In this document: positions 58,716 to 64,000 of the stretch, piece after piece | Position numbering within the stretch: position 1 is the stretch's first letter | How the letters are laid out: each line of letters starts with the position of its first letter | Position numbers and translations under genes: made by a program | The notes under the pieces: model-generated | Told to the model about the DNA's origin: nothing | The model's input: the letters and a program-made list of their open reading frames with translations, nothing else | Databases searched by the model: none | Virus record (IMG/VR): IMGVR_UViG_3300037722_000745 | Location: 192,001-256,000 of that record | DNA: 64,000 nucleotides | Source: a virus | Taxonomy: Duplodnaviria > Caudoviricetes | Direction: 5' to 3' (one strand)

Positions 58716-58953
58716 CTGGTTTCTGTACCTGATCCAGAATTCCTCTGGGAAGATCTACACCGGCATCTCACCAGACCCTGAAAAGAGGGTGCAAGTCCAC
58801 AACACCGGGAAAGGTGCCAAAGCAACTCGTGCCGGTCGACCATGGAGGTTGGTCTATACAGAGTGCTGCGGCTCCAAAGGTCAAGCGTTGCGACGAGAAC
58901 TAGCCGTCAAGAGGTTGTCTCGAGATCAGAAACTAGAACTGATCGAGACCTAA
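58669..58953 (+). CDS. Small GIY-YIG nuclease (UPF0213-like)
   Basis: WFLYLIQ..KIYTGIS..RVQVHNTGKGAKAT..RPWRLVY. Confidence 0.85.
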   Translation: MDPDANRMSCESKTLIWFLYLIQNSSGKIYTGISPDPEKRVQVHNTGKGAKATRAGRPWRLVYTECCGSKGQALRRELAVKRLSRDQKLELIET

Positions 58954-59624
58954 TCTGCCTGAGGAAGCTTCCCCACAAGCTCGCGAATACGCTCGGCCTC
59001 CTCAGCTTCCCGTAGCTTCGCCTTCAATTTAGTTGAACGCGCCAAGTGCGATGGCATTGGCTTGTCGGCTTCCATGCCCCATGCATCCCAACCAGGTGGA
59101 CACCCTCTAGCAAACAACTCAATGCGTGAGGTATCCCCAAAAAGCTCCTCAATACGCTCCCGAACCTCTGGCGGCTTGCTAGAGTGCCCCGGTGGTCGTG
59201 GGGCGAACACATACTGGCTCTGGCTCTCGGTCCTCAATGGCAGCGTGCGACCCCGCTTCTGTGTTGAGCCTATGAGCACGATCTCGCCTAGCTGTTTCAC
59301 AAAACTCGGCCGCACCCCCTGACCTTCGATGACCTTGCCGTCCTTCGTCGTCTTGATCCAGAAATAGGCGATACCGCGGTAGTAGAAGCCCCACTGCCGG
59401 ATGAGGTCGATCGCCTCTGCGAGCTTCGGCCCGGTCGCCCACATGAACAAGACTCCCTTACCATCGATGAGCTGGCGGACTGGCAAAGCTTCAAGTTCCT
59501 CGAAGGACATCATGTTGTAATGTTTGCCAGCCGCCTGGTCCTTATCCGGGTCGCCATAGTATTCCCATGGCACGTCAATGTGTATAACCCGATAGACCGA
59601 CGGGAGAGTATCTAAGGGCCTCAT
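58950..59624 (-). CDS. MT-A70-family adenine methyltransferase
   Basis: IHIDVPW, LFMWAT, HSSKPPEV, RIELFAR. Confidence 0.85.
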   Translation of the reverse strand: MRPLDTLPSVYRVIHIDVPWEYYGDPDKDQAAGKHYNMMSFEELEALPVRQLIDGKGVLFMWATGPKLAEAIDLIRQWGFYYRGIAYFWIKTTKDGKVIEGQGVRPSFVKQLGEIVLIGSTQKRGRTLPLRTESQSQYVFAPRPPGHSSKPPEVRERIEELFGDTSRIELFARGCPPGWDAWGMEADKPMPSHLARSTKLKAKLREAEEAERIRELVGKLPQAD

Positions 59625-59777
59625 CGGAACACCCGGTAACCTCGACCCTCAAGAAAACCTACAGCGAATTCTTCAAAGTCGGCGTCGGTTAAATCACCTA
59701 AAGCTATGTTGATTCGATTACACACCACACGAACGTTGTCCTGCGTGTAACCTAGAGTCGAGTCAATACCCACGTAA

Positions 59778-59905
59778 CTACGACCTGCATGCAGGGCTGC
59801 GACGCAGGGTCGTCCCCGATCCGCAGTAGGGATCGAGCGTCACCCCACCGCGGGGCGTGACGAGTTTGACGAGCCGCTCCATCAGCGCCAACGGCTTCAT
59901 GGTCG
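59778..59905 (-). pseudogene. Duplicated C-terminal fragment of the DNA methyltransferase
   Basis: PTMKPLALMERLVKLVTPRGGVTLDPYCGSGTT vs HPTMKSLSLMEWLVKLVTPRGGTTLDPYCGTGTT. Confidence 0.7.
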
Positions 59906-59973
59906 GGACTCCCAACAAGGGCCCGCAGAAACGACCTTGTAGCGGCCCGCCAGCGTCACAAGGGAGGGCGGGT

Positions 59974-62900
59974 TCATTCCTCCGGGACCAGTTCTTCGAG
60001 ACGAGATGAGATGTCCGCGAGGTCGTCATCAAATGCTTTGTCTCCCGACTTCGTGCGGAGTGCCTTCAGGCGAGCTTCGGCCAGGGCATGGAAGTCTGGA
60101 TCCTTCTCGATTCCGACGTACTGACAGCCCGCCTGAATAGCCGCTACACAGGTTGTCCCTGTTCCGCAGTACGGATCGAGCGTTGTCCCACCTCGGGGCG
60201 TAACGAGCTTGACCAACCATTCCATGAGGGAGAGAGATTTCATCGTGGGGTGAGGGTTCTTCGCTCCCTTCATCCAACCTTCACGCTCTTGCTTGCTGAC
60301 CTTCGCTGTGTAGAAGAATGGAGCCTCAGGCTCGAACTGACCGAAGTAGCGTGAAGCCCCTCCTCCCTCACCCACTACCGATGATGGTTTTGACCCATCA
60401 GCAGTTGTGACTGCCCCGTGGTAGCCCATACCCTTTTGACATTCACCGGAGAACCATCCCGGGGCTCTAAAACCGCTCTGCTTGTCCAACGCCTTGACCG
60501 GACACCCCTCGACACACTCGTAGACGGGGATCTCCTCCATCCCATCAGCATCACCTTGCGGCTCTGACGTGTAAGAGTGTCCGGCCCCATCACCGAACGG
60601 CTTCATCCCGTCATCGAAGCGGTTGATGACGGGGGCCTTGACCCGCTTCGAACCTACGACCTCACACTCGGTCGAATGAATCATCAGAGTGTTAGCTGGC
60701 CAACGCCCATGATTGTGGACCTCCGTCTCCACACCCCCGACCATCCCCTTCACCATCGTGTTGCGAGCTTTGCCCGGCGAACTGCTGTTGGTCCGCGTCG
60801 TGTGGCCGATCCGCGTCGCATCGATATTCAGCCCGCCCGTACCGTGCTTCAGAACGTTCTGAGCAACAGTAGCCTCCGAAAGAGGCTTACGGAACACTAA
60901 TATCGGTTCCCACGAGGGTTTAAGAGCCGTGCCAAGGCCATCAAATTGTGAAGCGGCTTCGGAGTCCACCCCTGCCTTCAACACCGCTTTCTTCACATTT
61001 AAACTCTTGGGAAAACCAGAGTTACCTGTGATGAACACCCTACCATTGCGTCGAGCTACGAACGCCCCAGTCTCCACGCGAACACACCACACCTCCCCGT
61101 CATAGTCTTTCAGATGGGTCGCATGGAGATGTCTGGACTGTAATTCCGTAGTCCGATTGTCGTGCAACGAAACACAACGCTTCTTCGCGTTGTCCCGACC
61201 TTGCCACCCGATCATGTGGGCCAGGACCTGAAACCACTCACGGTCAACACCGTCTTTTTGGTAGAATTGCTTCTGGCCTACAGATCCATCCCCGTCCATA
61301 GCTGCGGATAGAAACGCCCTCTTCTCATCAAGGGTCATCCGCCACAACAGGTCGTAAGTTGGATGTTTGCCGGGCAAGATCTCTCGAACACTCAGAGCCG
61401 GTTCGCCCGAGAAGAACCACGTGTATTCTGTGTACTCCCGGCCCTTGTATGTGCGTACCCTCTCGTACTTTTTGAAGTCGGGAGCGAACTTCTGAGTCAA
61501 CCGATCAATCTCAACCACATGGTCGGGATTGACACTGCTCTGGTAAATGCGAACACCCGTCCAGGAGTTATCGAATCCGCCCTCAGTCCAGATCCACGCC
61601 AAGAAAGCAGCGTAGTCTTCCCCGCCAATCCCCGCCCCATCGTGGTACCCAGCCAATGGTAGCTTGATTGCTTGCCACCGATTGATCTCAGCAGCCTCCA
61701 TCGGAACCCACTCTTCCTCGAACCACTTGCGACGGGTTTTTGCTACCTGTCTACGGATAGCGTGTCGCTTGAATACGCGATGGTTAGGGGTCAGTAGCTG
61801 ATCGGTGTTGTCGTTACGAAAGCACACCATCGACCCCTGGTAAGGGGCTCGGAACACTTCTAAGACAGGACGTAATCCAATCCCCTCTGTGGCCGGGTCC
61901 CACGTGGCTACCGACAAACCTTCTTTGAGTTGGTCCGGTCCCACCCACCCGTGCTCAGTGAGAATCTCACTATCCTCACTGAGACACCCGTAAACCCACT
62001 GGAACACCTGGACGCTGAACTGCGCTGCTACGGTATCTCGACACTCAAAACCCGCGAATCGCAGTCCCATCGAGATTAAGTCGAACGTGCGGGTGGAGCC
62101 AAAGCTCAAGAGGTGCCCGCCGGGCTTGAGGGCGCGGTAGCATTCCCTCCATACGGCAACGGGCGGGATTTCCCAGGTATGACCCATAAAATCTTTATGT
62201 GTCTTGTGTGGTGAATGGAAACGATCCAACAGAACCCTTGGCACCGCAACGTTCAACGTAATTGCCCCGCCTGCGGGCAACCCTACCTTGCAAGTCAGAA
62301 AGCGCTTGAGAAGCGTCGTCAGACTACCTGCTCCAGACGCTGTTCCTATACACTCCGAGGAAGTCAGAAGAAGTCGAGCGTCGGCTTGGTCTGCGGGGTC
62401 TGCAAAAACGAGTTCACCAGAAACCCGAGCCACATCAAGGGTAAGCACGGCGCAAACTTCTGTAGCCCTATCTGTCACTATAAAGGGCGCTCCCTCGGGC
62501 TCTCCAAACGGATTGTGTACAAGCCGTACAACCATACGAAACAAGGCCGGGCCAACCGAAGTAAAGCAGCCGCACACCTCTACGCATCCGGTAAAGGTTT
62601 GGCTTTCCCGAAGACAGAACTGGCGGTCCTTGAGCGCCTCAAAACCCAAGGAATCAACGTTGTCCACCAGAAGGTTGTCGAACTTCCCGACAGGGCCTAT
62701 GCGGTTGACTTCTTTTTCCCCACTAGAGCCGACGGGGGTTTGATCATCGAATTGGATAACCCCGGACGACATGATCGGGGGTTGATGCACGCTGACTTTG
62801 AACGAGACAAGATCTTGAGCGAATTGGGGTTCGAGGTCGTCCGCTTGTGGGACAACGGACGACCGGAGAATGCTATTCGCGCAGTGCTGGACACCCTTCT

Positions 62901-63081
62901 TCAATGGCCCGAGAGACGGAGCGCCTCCAAGGTACCGGATGATGTCCTCTGCGGTAGGTTCTCTAGAAGATAGACCATACGGGGGGTCAGTGACGATCGA
63001 GTCAACGCTGGAGTCAGGGAGCGTCTTCAGGACTTCGAGGCAGTCGCCCAGGTGGACCTGGTTAGGTTTCAGAGCTGGCAT
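59974..63081 (-). CDS. Beta-class N4/N6 DNA methyltransferase with an intein and an antisense endonuclease insert
   Basis: GDCLEVL, TDPPYGL, HPTMK, LDPYCGTGTT, GIEKD. Confidence 0.88.
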   Translation of the reverse strand: MPALKPNQVHLGDCLEVLKTLPDSSVDSIVTDPPYGLSSREPTAEDIIRYLGGAPSLGPLKKGVQHCANSILRSSVVPQADDLEPQFAQDLVSFKVSVHQPPIMSSGVIQFDDQTPVGSSGEKEVNRIGPVGKFDNLLVDNVDSLGFEALKDRQFCLRESQTFTGCVEVCGCFTSVGPALFRMVVRLVHNPFGEPEGAPFIVTDRATEVCAVLTLDVARVSGELVFADPADQADARLLLTSSECIGTASGAGSLTTLLKRFLTCKVGLPAGGAITLNVAVPRVLLDRFHSPHKTHKDFMGHTWEIPPVAVWRECYRALKPGGHLLSFGSTRTFDLISMGLRFAGFECRDTVAAQFSVQVFQWVYGCLSEDSEILTEHGWVGPDQLKEGLSVATWDPATEGIGLRPVLEVFRAPYQGSMVCFRNDNTDQLLTPNHRVFKRHAIRRQVAKTRRKWFEEEWVPMEAAEINRWQAIKLPLAGYHDGAGIGGEDYAAFLAWIWTEGGFDNSWTGVRIYQSSVNPDHVVEIDRLTQKFAPDFKKYERVRTYKGREYTEYTWFFSGEPALSVREILPGKHPTYDLLWRMTLDEKRAFLSAAMDGDGSVGQKQFYQKDGVDREWFQVLAHMIGWQGRDNAKKRCVSLHDNRTTELQSRHLHATHLKDYDGEVWCVRVETGAFVARRNGRVFITGNSGFPKSLNVKKAVLKAGVDSEAASQFDGLGTALKPSWEPILVFRKPLSEATVAQNVLKHGTGGLNIDATRIGHTTRTNSSSPGKARNTMVKGMVGGVETEVHNHGRWPANTLMIHSTECEVVGSKRVKAPVINRFDDGMKPFGDGAGHSYTSEPQGDADGMEEIPVYECVEGCPVKALDKQSGFRAPGWFSGECQKGMGYHGAVTTADGSKPSSVVGEGGGASRYFGQFEPEAPFFYTAKVSKQEREGWMKGAKNPHPTMKSLSLMEWLVKLVTPRGGTTLDPYCGTGTTCVAAIQAGCQYVGIEKDPDFHALAEARLKALRTKSGDKAFDDDLADISSRLEELVPEE
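61021..61986 (-). other. Intein in the DNA methyltransferase (322 aa, LAGLIDADG-type)
   Basis: Starts CLSEDSE, ends FITGN followed by Ser; AMDGDGS block. Confidence 0.88.
62215..62973 (+). CDS. Zn-ribbon plus DUF559/Vsr-like endonuclease, antisense within the MTase
   Basis: CPACG, CSRRC, CGVC, CSPIC; YAVDFF..LIIELDNPGRH..DFERDKIL..GFEVVRLW. Confidence 0.8.
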   Translation: METIQQNPWHRNVQRNCPACGQPYLASQKALEKRRQTTCSRRCSYTLRGSQKKSSVGLVCGVCKNEFTRNPSHIKGKHGANFCSPICHYKGRSLGLSKRIVYKPYNHTKQGRANRSKAAAHLYASGKGLAFPKTELAVLERLKTQGINVVHQKVVELPDRAYAVDFFFPTRADGGLIIELDNPGRHDRGLMHADFERDKILSELGFEVVRLWDNGRPENAIRAVLDTLLQWPERRSASKVPDDVLCGRFSRR

Positions 63082-63108
63082 AGATCCTCCGGTAAGGCTC
63101 TATGCCAT

Positions 63109-63876
63109 TTAGACGCCTACCTGAAGGTAATCAAAGTTGTTCTGGAGTACCTTGAGGATCTTTGCCTTGTACCCGACGTGCCATAGAGAGGGTGTTAACG
63201 GTTTGCCGGTCGAGCTGTAAGGATGCTTCAACAAGGACTCCACCCCATTGGCCACATCTCCAACGATTTCCTTGTCAGAGTACCCGTCGATCAATGAGAG
63301 CTTCACATAGAGTGGCGCATCAGGATGGATAGCTCTCAACTTGCTCTGCAGCTTAGGGAGTTGTCGTTTGAGTTGCTGCTCTACAGTGTCCTCGTCGAAC
63401 ACCGAAAGCTCGTGACGACCCTCTTCCCCATCACTGAAGAAGATGTCACTGACCTCCCGCTTCTTCTTTAGGGCATTCAGCCCCTGTCGCCGGAGACCCG
63501 TATAGACATACTGCTCGGCATCACGCAAAGAAGACCCTTCACGTATCCCTTGAGATCCAGAACTGAGGAATCGAACCATGAAGTCCATCATCACCTCCTC
63601 GACAAAGTCCGGATGGCGAAATCGGCTCATCATCGAACGATAGGAGATCTTACCGAACTTCCTCGCGCGGTTCTTGTAGTCGTCAGGGATCCCCTGCACC
63701 CCTCTCTTGAGGAACTCGGCGTACATCGCTTCCCCAAAAGCATCCGTGGTTGTCACCGCCAGACGAGTGAAGAAATCCCCGAGGCGGACCTGTAAGGGTA
63801 AAGAAGCCCAAAGCTGCCGTCGGAGATCACCAGAGGCTTGGACTAGCTTCGCTATGCGATCCATCACCAGAGCCAC
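63109..63876 (-). CDS. Sigma-70/ECF-like protein
   Basis: Region-2-like VEEVMMDFMVRF..YVYTGLRRQGLNALKK and region-4-like LSLIDGYSDKEI. Confidence 0.5.
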   Translation of the reverse strand: MALVMDRIAKLVQASGDLRRQLWASLPLQVRLGDFFTRLAVTTTDAFGEAMYAEFLKRGVQGIPDDYKNRARKFGKISYRSMMSRFRHPDFVEEVMMDFMVRFLSSGSQGIREGSSLRDAEQYVYTGLRRQGLNALKKKREVSDIFFSDGEEGRHELSVFDEDTVEQQLKRQLPKLQSKLRAIHPDAPLYVKLSLIDGYSDKEIVGDVANGVESLLKHPYSSTGKPLTPSLWHVGYKAKILKVLQNNFDYLQVGV

Positions 63877-64000
63877 GACACAAAAACTAACTGAAATTCG
63901 GAGCCTCCGCCTTCAGAACGTCCACCACAGTACGGCGTACTCTAGGAGGTAACTCAGAGTCCCGAAGGGCTTGCATGAGCTTTGCACCCCCACCTAGGAA

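Overview
A 64-kb segment of a GC-rich huge (jumbo) phage genome. Almost everything is on the minus strand, and the Cas12j/CasPhi gene suggests a Biggiephage-like lineage (inference). 1-19.7 kb: replication, recombination and repair genes (SbcC-like, RecA, RuvC-like, SSB-like, Nudix, RecD2, NAD ligase, class II RNR with two inteins, clamp-loader delta/delta', GroEL). 20-28.5 kb: a type I-E-like mini-array split by a 3.2-kb TIR element (TA-like genes, AAA ATPase, amber allo-tRNA), then RtcB and a Cas12j gene with a 7-repeat array. 29-56 kb: about 40 tRNAs covering all 20 amino acids, tRNA fragments, tmRNA, three Y-RNA-like tRNA derivatives, an E1/E2/JAB/Ubl ubiquitin-like operon, a TROVE/vWA-like protein, homing endonucleases and a second, cas-less array. 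56-64 kb: methyltransferases and a sigma-like gene. The most striking signal is 14 solitary CRISPR repeats from two families, all on the minus strand. Several are fused exactly where a T-rich PAM should be (tRNA T-loop TTC, or inside genes whose uninterrupted paralog lies nearby), so native downstream DNA takes the spacer position. All calls are by eye; no database searches were run.
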